NCBI GenBank assembly: GCA_963842105.1
Contig: CAWJFH010000025.1
Coordinates: 1,840-65,839, forward strand
Origin: an uncultured Flavobacteriaceae bacterium
Lineage (GTDB): Bacteria > Bacteroidota > Bacteroidia > Flavobacteriales > Flavobacteriaceae
DNA: 64,000 bases
Direction of reading: 5' to 3'
Part shown: piece by piece, positions 31,930 through 41,183 of the stretch
Position numbering within the stretch: the stretch's first letter is position 1
Layout of the letters: each line of letters begins with the position of its first letter
Notes under the pieces: generated by a model
What the model saw: only the letters and a program-made list of their open reading frames with translations
What the model was told of the DNA's origin: nothing
Database searches by the model: none
Made by a program: the position numbers and the translations under genes

Positions 31930-32958
31930 ATGGAAGAATTACAAACCTTAGCGCGCCAATTATATAGGCTTTTTATCATTGTATTCCTTTTAATAGGGGC
32001 TGTGTTTGTGGCATTGTATACCTATAAACCAAGTCCGCCTGTGATATTGGAAAATGTCCTAGCTGAAGAAAAATTGGAATGGCAACCCAAGGATGCTATA
32101 AATGAAATAGCAAGTATGCCTTCAAAAGTAAAAAAGGGCTATTATTTAATTGCTGAAACTTCAAAATATATGGGTCCGTCCGCTGAAAATCCAGAAGATC
32201 GTTATAGCGGTAATAATTTGGCCTGTGCGAACTGTCACTTAAAAGCGGGAGCCCAAGCAGGTTCAGGTTCATGGGTTGGCGTTTTGGAACGTTTCCCGCA
32301 ATTTGGTGGTCGTGGTAATCGGATCGGAACAATAGAAGACCGAATTAATGGCTGTATGGAACGTAGTATGAACGGTAAAAAAATGGCCGTGGATGCTGAT
32401 AAAATGGAAGCCATTGTGGCCTATATGGATTGGTTGAGTGAGGATTTGCCTGAGGATAAAAAGAAAGAATATAAGGGTTATCCAGCGATTCAAATTCCCG
32501 ATGCTGCCGTAGATATGGAGAAAGGGAAGCTGGTTTTTGAGAAGGAATGTGTCCTTTGTCACGGTGCGAACGGACAAGGAGTGAAAAAACCGGATGGAGC
32601 AGGATATACCTATCCACCCTTGTGGGGAGCCGATACCTATAATGATGGTGCTGGGATGCACCGAGTGATTACGGCAGCAGAATTTATAAAAAGCAATATG
32701 CCTTATCTGCAGGCCACTTGGGACAATCCTAAACTCACGGATGAAGAAGCGTTTCATGTAGCCGGCTATATCAATAGTTTTTCTAGACCGCACAAAGCCA
32801 ATACCGAGAACGATTATCCAGATAAAACCTTGAAACCGGTTTCCACGCCTTACGGTCCCTGGACAGACGATTTTACGGAAGAACAACATAAATATGGACC
32901 GTATCCACCTATCATGAAATACTACCAAGAAAAATACGGTATTACCAAAACCAAATAA
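31930..32958 (+). CDS. tsdA: Diheme c-type thiosulfate dehydrogenase (TsdA-like), membrane anchored
   Basis: Two CxxCH (CANCH, CVLCH), RINGCMERSMNG active-site Cys motif, PPLWG, N-terminal TM. Confidence 0.78.
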   Translation: MEELQTLARQLYRLFIIVFLLIGAVFVALYTYKPSPPVILENVLAEEKLEWQPKDAINEIASMPSKVKKGYYLIAETSKYMGPSAENPEDRYSGNNLACANCHLKAGAQAGSGSWVGVLERFPQFGGRGNRIGTIEDRINGCMERSMNGKKMAVDADKMEAIVAYMDWLSEDLPEDKKKEYKGYPAIQIPDAAVDMEKGKLVFEKECVLCHGANGQGVKKPDGAGYTYPPLWGADTYNDGAGMHRVITAAEFIKSNMPYLQATWDNPKLTDEEAFHVAGYINSFSRPHKANTENDYPDKTLKPVSTPYGPWTDDFTEEQHKYGPYPPIMKYYQEKYGITKTK

Positions 32959-32964
32959 ATCCCC

Positions 32965-34305
32965 ATGTGGAAACTTTTAGTGTTAGTCATTTGTATGCCC
33001 CTGTTTTTAACGGCACAGGATGCTGTTGCCTCAAAAAATAAAGGAAATCTGTCCGGTCAATGGCGAACTTTTTATATGGGGACCCTCAATAAGGGTGATT
33101 TAAAAGATTACAACGCTTTGGCGACAGGAGGTAAACTAAAGTACCAATACCAAATCTTGAAAAATCTAGAATTGGGTACGGCACTTTATAACTCGACCAA
33201 TTTGGGAATACAAGATTTAAAGATTGCGGACGCCTCGACCGGTAAAGTAAGTAGGTATGAAGAAGGTTTGTTCGATAGACAAAATCTTTCGAATGACGCT
33301 ATTTTTTTATTAGGTGAATTGTATGTCGATTATCAATTGAAATCGCATCAATTTACCTTAGGGCGGATGAAAATTAACACCCCTCTAATCAATCCAGAGG
33401 ATGGTAGAATGATCCCAACATTGGTTCAGGGGTTGTGGTACAAGCATAAGACTGCAGGACAAAACTTCTTTCAATTCGGAATTTTAAATCAGATTGCTCC
33501 TAGATCTACAGGAGAATTCTTTGGCATTGGTGAAAGTATAGGTACGTATAACGTGGGTAGGAATATTTACGGGCAACCTGCCCAATATAAAGGAAATACC
33601 CAATCCGATTATATTATTTTAGCCAATGCCGACATCAAGCTTGATCAAAATGTGAGTATTTTTGTTTGGAACCAGTTCGTACAAAATGTGTTTAATTCAT
33701 TTTACTTAAAACCAAGACTCAAAATCACTGATGCACTACAATTGGAAGGGGAGTGGTTGCATCAAAATAAAGTGGGCGATGGCGGTAATGCAATGGATAC
33801 CCTTCGCTATTTCAATCAAAATACTTCCGATGTTTTAGGGTTGAAATGGGGATATCAGTTTAGCAATTCTAAAGCTTCCCTTTCCTATAACCGAATTTTA
33901 ACTAACGGACAGTTTATTTCCCCACGGGAATGGGGTAGGGAAGGTCTGTTCAGTTTTCAAAAACGGGAACGCAGTGAAGGCAGCGGTGACAATCATGCGT
34001 TGGTTTTTAATTATGAGACTTCAATTGCCATTTTAAAAAACGAAGCGAACATCAATACCAATGTGAACCTTGGAAGGCATTGGAAACCGGAACCTACCAA
34101 TGCCGTTTTAAACAAATATGCGGTACCAGATTATACACACATAAATGTGGACCTTTTGTTCAATTTTAAAAAGCTAAAGCATTTAAAACCAGAACTATTA
34201 ATCACTACAAAACTAGCCCATGGTGCTATTCCAGAGAATCCTAATTTCTATTATAACAAAGTGGATATGTGGCATGTAAGTGCCGTTGTGAATTATAATT
34301 TTTGA
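32965..34305 (+). CDS. Outer-membrane porin (OprD-like beta-barrel)
   Basis: Signal peptide, GRMKINTPLIN, C-terminal VVNYNF. Confidence 0.7.
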   Translation: MWKLLVLVICMPLFLTAQDAVASKNKGNLSGQWRTFYMGTLNKGDLKDYNALATGGKLKYQYQILKNLELGTALYNSTNLGIQDLKIADASTGKVSRYEEGLFDRQNLSNDAIFLLGELYVDYQLKSHQFTLGRMKINTPLINPEDGRMIPTLVQGLWYKHKTAGQNFFQFGILNQIAPRSTGEFFGIGESIGTYNVGRNIYGQPAQYKGNTQSDYIILANADIKLDQNVSIFVWNQFVQNVFNSFYLKPRLKITDALQLEGEWLHQNKVGDGGNAMDTLRYFNQNTSDVLGLKWGYQFSNSKASLSYNRILTNGQFISPREWGREGLFSFQKRERSEGSGDNHALVFNYETSIAILKNEANINTNVNLGRHWKPEPTNAVLNKYAVPDYTHINVDLLFNFKKLKHLKPELLITTKLAHGAIPENPNFYYNKVDMWHVSAVVNYNF

Positions 34306-34424
34306 AATATTCCAATCGTAGAACGAGTTTGTTTCTTTACTTTAAAAATGTTTTTCGTTTTACTTTCAATAATTTAATTAACGGTAATTGATTTAAAAAC
34401 AGGGTTAGACCATATCATAAAAAA

Positions 34425-34452
34425 ATCCCCTAGGTTCTACCTACGGGATATT
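34425..34452. terminator. Hairpin between convergent porin and sqr
   Basis: ATCCCCTAGG-TTCTA-CCTACGGGAT preceded by A run. Confidence 0.5.
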
Positions 34453-34481
34453 GTTGAATTAGTTAAGTTGAAAGAAATCTA

Positions 34482-35789
34482 CTATACGTTTTCGCCCTTC
34501 ATCATTTTATTCCAATACAAATAGGGTAGTCCGTATTTTTTTAGCATCCAAAGTCTCCAATGTTCTTTTGAAGAATCGAATATCAGCATTTGCTTTAATT
34601 TTGGATCCGGAGTAAAGTTATTGTTGTAATCAAATTCCGCTAATACCATTTTTCCATAATCTGTCACTAAAGGACAAGATGAGTATCCATGATATTCTTT
34701 TTCACCCATTTTTTTGGTTTTCATGAGTAAATCAAGATTATCTACAACAATAGGTACTTGTTTACGAATGGCAGCACCTGTTTTGGCGGTAGGTAATGCG
34801 GCAACATCTCCTAAACTAAAAATATTCGGGAATTTTTTGTGCTGCATGGTTTGGGGATCTACATCAACCCAACCTACTGCGTTCACCAATTCGGACTCCT
34901 TTATAAATTTTGGTGCTACGGAAGGTGGAGCAGTATGGAGCATGTCATAATGGATACCATATCGCTTACCCTCTACAGTAACCTTTACATCTTTATAATT
35001 ATACTGGAAACTTCCATCCAAATGTTTTTCAGTATCCTCACCGGACATTACAACACACCCTCCTGCGGTTATATCTTTTCCAAGTTCATACCAAGCAATT
35101 TTTTTATCACCATCTACGGCAACCAATTTATGATAAAAACGAAGGTTAATATCTTTCCTATCCACCACCTTCATTAAAGTCTTGGCAATTTCTTTTACTC
35201 CGAAAATGACGGTTCCTGCCGTCGCAAAAATAACATCGGTTTTATTGCGTACTCCACTTTTTCTAAAATAGCTTTCTGCCAAGTACATGATTTTTTGTGG
35301 GGCACCACCGCATTTTATAGGTGTAGTTGGTTGCGTAAATAGGGCAGTTCCCCCCTTAAAATTTTTAATTACCTGCCAGGTATGTTTCGGGTCTGTATAA
35401 TTGCTGCAGACCACCCCTTTATCCATCGCTTCTCCTAATCCAGGCACTAAACTAAAGTCATAGACCAAACCAGGGGCAACCACTAAATAATCATAAGTAA
35501 TATCTCCTTTGGAAACTGTGTGTACAATATTATTTTGGGGGTTAAAACCTGTAGCCTTATCCTTAATCCAAGTAGCACCTTTCGGTATTACGGTACCCAT
35601 TGGCCTTGCCGTTTTATTAAAATCGTATGTGCCTGCACCAACTAAGGTCCAGGCAGGTTGATAATAATGGATATCGGCCGGTTCTATGATGGCTACGTCC
35701 TTGGCTTTTTTCTGTTTGAGAAGTTGGGCGGCAACCATTATACCGGCAGTTCCACCTCCAATTATCAATATTTGATGATGTGAATTCAT
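34482..35789 (-). CDS. sqr: Sulfide:quinone oxidoreductase (type II-like)
   Basis: GGGTAG, YQPAWTLVG, IKCGGAPQK, KTGAAIRKQ, GYSSCPLVT. Confidence 0.88.
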   Translation of the reverse strand: MNSHHQILIIGGGTAGIMVAAQLLKQKKAKDVAIIEPADIHYYQPAWTLVGAGTYDFNKTARPMGTVIPKGATWIKDKATGFNPQNNIVHTVSKGDITYDYLVVAPGLVYDFSLVPGLGEAMDKGVVCSNYTDPKHTWQVIKNFKGGTALFTQPTTPIKCGGAPQKIMYLAESYFRKSGVRNKTDVIFATAGTVIFGVKEIAKTLMKVVDRKDINLRFYHKLVAVDGDKKIAWYELGKDITAGGCVVMSGEDTEKHLDGSFQYNYKDVKVTVEGKRYGIHYDMLHTAPPSVAPKFIKESELVNAVGWVDVDPQTMQHKKFPNIFSLGDVAALPTAKTGAAIRKQVPIVVDNLDLLMKTKKMGEKEYHGYSSCPLVTDYGKMVLAEFDYNNNFTPDPKLKQMLIFDSSKEHWRLWMLKKYGLPYLYWNKMMKGENV

Positions 35790-35843
35790 TTTCAACTATT
35801 TTTTAGAATATGCTAAATATAGTCGTTGAATATTGTAATTTAT

Positions 35844-35857
35844 GTAACTAAAGTTAC
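35844..35857. promoter_or_regulatory. Box B operator GTAACTAAAGTTAC
   Basis: 22 nt from minus-strand -7 TATATTTA (35821-35814) of sqr. Confidence 0.8.
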
Positions 35858-35928
35858 ACAACATTGCATATTATTAATTAAAGTATGGTAATAAACTTAG
35901 TGCTGAGTTGGGTTACAGTAATTTTAAA

Positions 35929-36135
35929 TCACTCTTTAACTTTACAGGTGTTCATGCCTAATACTGAGTACAACGGACAAAAATTAATCAAACTAGTGAT
36001 TAACAATACTCCGGATATCACTAAAAGAACCATGGCTAAAGTTCCTTCAATTACTTTTAAATAGTAGAGTACTAGAAGTGCAATAGCTAGGATAATACGG
36101 ATGGTACGGTCTTTATTACCTACATTTTTTTTCAT
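35929..36135 (-). CDS. DUF2892 (YgaP-like) small membrane protein
   Basis: KNVGNKDRTIR...FCPLYSVLGMNTC. Confidence 0.88.
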   Translation of the reverse strand: MKKNVGNKDRTIRIILAIALLVLYYLKVIEGTLAMVLLVISGVLLITSLINFCPLYSVLGMNTCKVKE

Positions 36136-36278
36136 ACGATTGGATTTTGAATAGTTATCAATTATAGTATTTACTTAAGAATGACTAGCGAAGCGTTAGT
36201 ATCAAATTTTGGTTACGACTAAAATTGAGACTAATTTTATTGATAGGAGTAATTTAGGGACTGACTTTGCGAACAACT

Positions 36279-36292
36279 ATGACAATTGTCAT
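36279..36292. promoter_or_regulatory. Box A operator ATGACAATTGTCAT
   Basis: Perfect palindrome; 22 nt from minus-strand -7-like TAAATTAC (36256-36249) pointing to DUF2892. Confidence 0.65.
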
Positions 36293-36329
36293 GTTTGAGC
36301 ATAAGCTATAGAATAGGACCCTTTTGTGT

Positions 36330-36343
36330 GTAACAAAGGTTAC
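36330..36343. promoter_or_regulatory. Box B operator GTAACAAAGGTTAC
   Basis: 22 nt from plus-strand -7 TATATTTA (36366-36373). Confidence 0.8.
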
Positions 36344-36388
36344 AGTGTAAAGGTTTTATAGATCTTATATTTAGCTCTATTTTGAAGT

Positions 36389-37267
36389 ATGGAAAATTAT
36401 TTAGAAGCCTTTTTAAAAGCGGTTAACGGAACCTTAAATTGGACCTGGAAATCCATTGTATTTGAGGTGCCTTGGTATACCAATTACTTTTGGGGTCTAA
36501 TACTGATCTCTTTACTAGTTTGGTCTTTGGAAATCATTTTTCCTTGGCGTAAAAATCAGGGTATTTTTAGGAAGGACTTTTGGTTGGATGGTTTTTACAT
36601 GTTCTTCAACTTCTTTTTGTTTGCTATCGCTATAAGCGGAATTTATAAGTTACTGAATGTATTTTTTGCTGATATAGGAATCACCGCTAAAAGTTTGGCG
36701 ATTATAGATATTGGAAATTGGCCCATGTGGGGTCAACTTTTGCTATTCTTCATTGTATTGGATTTTGTACAGTGGTTTACCCATATTTTACTACATAAGT
36801 ATGCTTTTCTTTGGAATTTCCATAAGGTGCATCACAGCGTAAAGGAAATGGGTTTCGCCGCTCATTTGCGGTATCATTGGATGGAGAATATTTTTTACAA
36901 ACCCCTAAAGACTTTTGGAGTGATGCTACTTGGCGGCTTTGAACCGGAACAAGCATATATTGTGCACTTTATGGCAATAACCATAGGTCATTTCAATCAT
37001 GCCAATATTAAGATTACTTGGGGACCTTTAAAATATTTGTTCAACAATCCTGTGATGCATTTGTACCATCATGCTTATGAACTTCCAAAAGGAAAATTCG
37101 GAGTCAATTTTGGGATTAGCTTAAGTATTTGGGACTATATTTTTAAGACCAATTATATACCCGAAGAAAGCGGACAAGTTCGATTGGGATATCCTGGTGA
37201 TGAGAACCTACCCAAAGATTTCCTTGGGCAAGTGACTCATGGTTTCGTGCCTAAAAAAAAGGAATAG
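36389..37267 (+). CDS. Sterol desaturase/fatty-acid hydroxylase family membrane enzyme
   Basis: His boxes HILLH, HKVHH, HFNH, HLYHH; NFGISLSIWDYIF. Confidence 0.88.
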   Translation: MENYLEAFLKAVNGTLNWTWKSIVFEVPWYTNYFWGLILISLLVWSLEIIFPWRKNQGIFRKDFWLDGFYMFFNFFLFAIAISGIYKLLNVFFADIGITAKSLAIIDIGNWPMWGQLLLFFIVLDFVQWFTHILLHKYAFLWNFHKVHHSVKEMGFAAHLRYHWMENIFYKPLKTFGVMLLGGFEPEQAYIVHFMAITIGHFNHANIKITWGPLKYLFNNPVMHLYHHAYELPKGKFGVNFGISLSIWDYIFKTNYIPEESGQVRLGYPGDENLPKDFLGQVTHGFVPKKKE

Positions 37268-37315
37268 TCGCTAGATTATTTCTTTTCACTTCGAAAAGGA
37301 TGCTTAAAAAGCTAA

Positions 37316-37939
37316 TGTCACTTCGAGTGGGTTTTGCGACCTTTTTCAGGAGCAGAAGTTGTATCGAGAAGCAAGCGTGTATCTAAGGGTTCTCGATACA
37401 ACGTCTCTTTCAGGACGTCACTCGAACTGACAGACTGTTTTTTTATTGATGGTTACTATGATTCTATGTTATTACTGTCACTTCGCGTGGATCTTACGAC
37501 CTATTTTAAGGAGTAAAAGTTGTATCGAGAAGCAATCTTGCTACAAAGAGCTTGCCTTGAGTAACATCGAAGGGTTCTCGATACAACGCCTATTTCAGGC
37601 CGTCACTCGAACTGACTTAGGTTTTTCTATTTGAACAGTTATAGTTATTCTTGTTTATTACCCGTCACTTCGAGGGGATTTTGCGACCTTTTTTAAGGAG
37701 CAAAAGCTGTATCGAGAAGTAAGCGTGTTCCACGGGTTCTTGATACAACGGCTTTTTCAGGCCACCACTCGAACTGACAATTGCATTTTTTAATTTAAAG
37801 TTACAATGATTCTTGTTTTCTAACTGTCACTTCGAGTGGATTTTGCGACTTTTTTTGGAGCAAAAGTTGTATCGAGAAGCAAGCGTGTTCCAAGGGTTCT
37901 CGATACAACGTCTCTTTCAGGCCGCCACTCGAACTGACA
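37316..37939. repeat. Tandem array of four palindromic REP-like units (115-141 bp)
   Basis: Units 37316-37432, 37476-37616, 37663-37779, 37825-37939; each GTCACTTCGAGTG...TGTATCGAGAA...TTCTCGATACAA...CACTCGAACTGAC. Confidence 0.9.
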
Positions 37940-38013
37940 AACGTCTTTATTTTGCTTCGCTTGTGATTTATTTAAAAAGGGATACAGATGAATTCGATTT
38001 CTTTTAGAACAAA

Positions 38014-38050
38014 AAAATGGGGAATTCTCGATTAGAGAATTCCCCATTTT
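38014..38050. terminator. Bidirectional intrinsic terminator
   Basis: AAAATGGGGAATTCTC-GATTA-GAGAATTCCCCATTTT. Confidence 0.82.
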
Positions 38051-38077
38051 AAAAACAATCTATTAATTAAAACACAA

Positions 38078-39487
38078 TTACAATGTCGTTGGACATACGA
38101 ACTCAGAAACGGGAATACCAGCTTCTTGTATGGCCTTAAATCCGCCTTTTACATCGACTAAATTATGGATTCCCCTACTTTTCAAAATGGAGGAGGCAAT
38201 CATACTTCTGTAACCACCGGCACAATGCACATAGAAGGACTTGCTTTCCGGGAATTCAGATAAGTGGTCATTTAAAAAATCCAAGGGCGTATTTTCTGCA
38301 CCAATAATATGTTCCGATAAATATTCCGATGCCTTACGCACATCGAACACAGATGCTTTATTTGTTTCAATTGATTTTTTTAGCTCTTCTGCATTGACTT
38401 GGCTAACGGTATCATATTCCATGGCGGCTTTTTTCCAGGCCTCAAATCCGCCATCTAAATAACCTAGGGTACCGTCAAAACCTACTCTTGACAATCTTGT
38501 TACCGCTTCTTCTTCCAGGCCTACAGGGGCGACCAACAAAATTGGTTGCATAGTATCTGCTATCAATGCACCTACCCATGGAGCAAAACTACCGTCTAAC
38601 CCTATAAAAATAGAACGTGGTATATGGCCTTTGGCAAAATCATCTTGATGGCGTACATCTAAAACGATAGCACCAGTTTCATTTGCTGCGGCTTCAAATG
38701 CCTTTGGGGAAAGTGCCCTTGTGCCACGCTCCAGTACGGTTTTGATGTCTTCATATCCTTCCTTGTTCATTTTTACGTTCAAAGGAAAATACTGGGGAGG
38801 TGGTAAAAGACCATCAATTACCTCTTCAACAAACTCCTCCTTCGTCATATCTGCACGTAAGGCATAGTTCATTTTCTTTTGGTTACCCAAAGTATCCACC
38901 GTTTCTTTCATCATATTCTTGCCACAGGCAGAACCTGCACCATGAGCTGGATAAACGATAACGTCATCAGCCAAGGGCATAATTTTATTACGAAGACTGT
39001 CAAATAGAAATCCGGCCAAATCACGTTCCGTTAAAACTCCCATTTTCTGAGCTAAATCTGGTCTTCCAACATCACCAAGGAACAACGTATCTCCGCTAAA
39101 AATGGCATAGTCTTTTCCATTTTCATCTTTTAAAAGATAAGTCGTACTTTCCATCGTATGCCCAGGCGTATGCAATGCGGTAATGGTAATATCTCCCAAT
39201 TTAAATTCTTGTCCGTCAGTAGCAATCAACGCATCAAACGAAGGATTTGCCTTAGGACCATATATAATGGTTGCACCGGTTTCTTTAGCAAGGGTTACGT
39301 GACCACTAACAAAATCTGCATGGAAATGGGTTTCAAAAATATATTTAATCTTAGCGTCGTCTAACTTTGCTCTTTTAATATAAGGCTGAACCTCACGAAG
39401 TGGATCTATAATCGCAACTTCGCCATTACTTTCGATATAATAGGCGCCTTGGGCCAAACATCCTGTATATATTTGTTCAACTTTCAT
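38078..39487 (-). CDS. MBL-fold persulfide dioxygenase-rhodanese fusion (CstB-like), copy 2
   Basis: THFHADF, HGAGSACG, HCAGGYRS, C-terminal VCPTTL. Confidence 0.87.
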   Translation of the reverse strand: MKVEQIYTGCLAQGAYYIESNGEVAIIDPLREVQPYIKRAKLDDAKIKYIFETHFHADFVSGHVTLAKETGATIIYGPKANPSFDALIATDGQEFKLGDITITALHTPGHTMESTTYLLKDENGKDYAIFSGDTLFLGDVGRPDLAQKMGVLTERDLAGFLFDSLRNKIMPLADDVIVYPAHGAGSACGKNMMKETVDTLGNQKKMNYALRADMTKEEFVEEVIDGLLPPPQYFPLNVKMNKEGYEDIKTVLERGTRALSPKAFEAAANETGAIVLDVRHQDDFAKGHIPRSIFIGLDGSFAPWVGALIADTMQPILLVAPVGLEEEAVTRLSRVGFDGTLGYLDGGFEAWKKAAMEYDTVSQVNAEELKKSIETNKASVFDVRKASEYLSEHIIGAENTPLDFLNDHLSEFPESKSFYVHCAGGYRSMIASSILKSRGIHNLVDVKGGFKAIQEAGIPVSEFVCPTTL

Positions 39488-39541
39488 GGGTATACTTTTT
39501 TAATTTGATGTCAAATTTACAAATTGGTTTTCTTTCAAACA

Positions 39542-39555
39542 GTAACATAAGTTAC
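39542..39555. promoter_or_regulatory. Box B operator GTAACATAAGTTAC
   Basis: 22 nt from minus-strand -7 TAAATTTG (39519-39512). Confidence 0.8.
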
Positions 39556-39575
39556 ATTGCTATAAGATACCTAAA

Positions 39576-39637
39576 TAAGGCTGTTTAAAAGGTCGTTTTA
39601 GGTACTTATTACCTTAGTGACTTTCTAAACAGCCTTA
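39576..39637 (-). terminator. Long imperfect hairpin between the tandem dioxygenase genes
   Basis: TAAGGCTGTTTA...TAAACAGCCTTA outer stem. Confidence 0.6.
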
Positions 39638-39656
39638 AAAATCAGGGGACTATTCA

Positions 39657-41073
39657 TTATAATAAGGTGGACGGACAAACATATTCAGACCGCTGCATTC
39701 CCGTTTTAGAAATCGCTTCAAATCCTCCGACAATATCAGCAAAATCATCCCAACCTCGTTGTTTTAGGATTGCTGATGCAATCATACTTCTGTAGCCACC
39801 GGCACAATGCACGACGAACCTTTTATCTTTGGGAAACTGGGCCAAGTGCTGGTTAATTTCGTTTAGGGGAACGTTGATGGCCCCAATCACATGTTCAGAA
39901 TCATATTCGCTTTTTTTGCGAACGTCAATAATTAATGGCTTTTCGGTGTCCTGTAGCTTTTCTAGCTCAGTGGCCGTAATTCGCTTTGTGGTCTCGAATT
40001 CCTTTCCGGATTTCTTCCAAGAATCAAACCCACCTTTAAGGAAACCTACGGTGTGGTCATAACCTACCCGAGATAAGCGGGTAATGGCTTCCTCTTCTTT
40101 ATCGGCATACGTAACCAATAAAATTTCCTGTTTAATATCTGGAATCATTTCTCCCACCCACTGTGCAAAACTACCTTCAAGGCCAATATTGATGCTGTTG
40201 GGGATAAAACCTTTGGCAAAATCGGCTGCATTTCGGGTGTCTAATACCAGGGCTCCCGTTTCATTGGCGACTGCTTCAAAAGCTTCTGGCGAGTAGGGGG
40301 TCGTGGCCCTATCCATAATGGTATCCAAACTTTCATAGCCTTTGATGTTCATCAACACATTTTTTGGAAAATAAGCTGGAGGAGCTGTAAGGCCGGTCAA
40401 TAATTCTTTTATAAATTCTTCCTTTCCCATATCTGGACGTAAAGCATAATTCACCTTTTTTTGATGGCCTAGGGTATCGGTAGTTTCCTTGCTCATCATT
40501 TTACCACAGGCAGAACCGGCACCATGGTTAGGGTATACGATCAAATCATCACTCAAAGGCATTATTCTATTTCGAAGGGAATCGAAACAGATATCCGGCC
40601 AATTTTTCTTCCGTTAGTTCAGAAACGACATGTTGTGCCAAATCCGGTCTTCCCACGTCACCGATGAATAAAGTGTCACCGGTTATGATACCATGCTCGT
40701 TTCCTTTTTCATCGATCAATAGATAGGTAGTACTTTCCATGGTATGGCCCGGGGTATGGATCACCTTCACTTTATACGCACCTACTTCAAAAACTTGGTT
40801 GTCTGATGCAGTGGTGGCTTCATATGAAGGTTTTGCACCCGGACCGAATACAATTTCAGCACCTGCCTTTTCTTTTAAATCTAAATGTCCGCTCACAAAA
40901 TCCGCATGGAAATGAGTCTCAAAAACATACTTAATTTTTGCGTTGTCTTTTTTAGCCCGGTCCAAATAGGGTTGTACTTCGCGTAAAGGGTCAAAAACTG
41001 CAGCTACGCCGTTACTCTCTATGTAATAAGCGGCATGTGCCAAACATCCTGTGTAAATTTGTTCTACTTTCAT
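39657..41073 (-). CDS. MBL-fold persulfide dioxygenase-rhodanese fusion (CstB-like), copy 1, +1 frameshift near 40586
   Basis: ORFs 40567-41073 and 39657-40562 join as LFDSLRNRIMP after removing one T; same motifs as copy 2. Confidence 0.83.
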
Positions 41074-41130
41074 GATGATTCTATGTATTGGTTTATATTT
41101 TAAAGGTATTCTTTGTAGGTAAGGCCCACA

Positions 41131-41144
41131 GTAACAATGGTTAC
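41131..41144. promoter_or_regulatory. Box B operator GTAACAATGGTTAC
   Basis: 22 nt from minus-strand -7 TACCTTTA (41108-41101). Confidence 0.8.
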
Positions 41145-41183
41145 AGGAGTATTTTTTTTAGAAATTAAATTTTCGTCCTGTTC

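Noticed and set aside
32269-32928. 219-aa antisense ORF, and the many other antisense ORFs in the track
   Set aside because: Fully overlap well-supported genes on the opposite strand and show no motifs
37316-37939. CRISPR array
   Set aside because: Units are 115-141 bp and degenerate, spacers resemble each other, and no cas genes are in the window
37334-38047. Short ORFs 37334, 37446, 37813, 37820
   Set aside because: They are translations of the palindromic repeat units with no recognisable protein features
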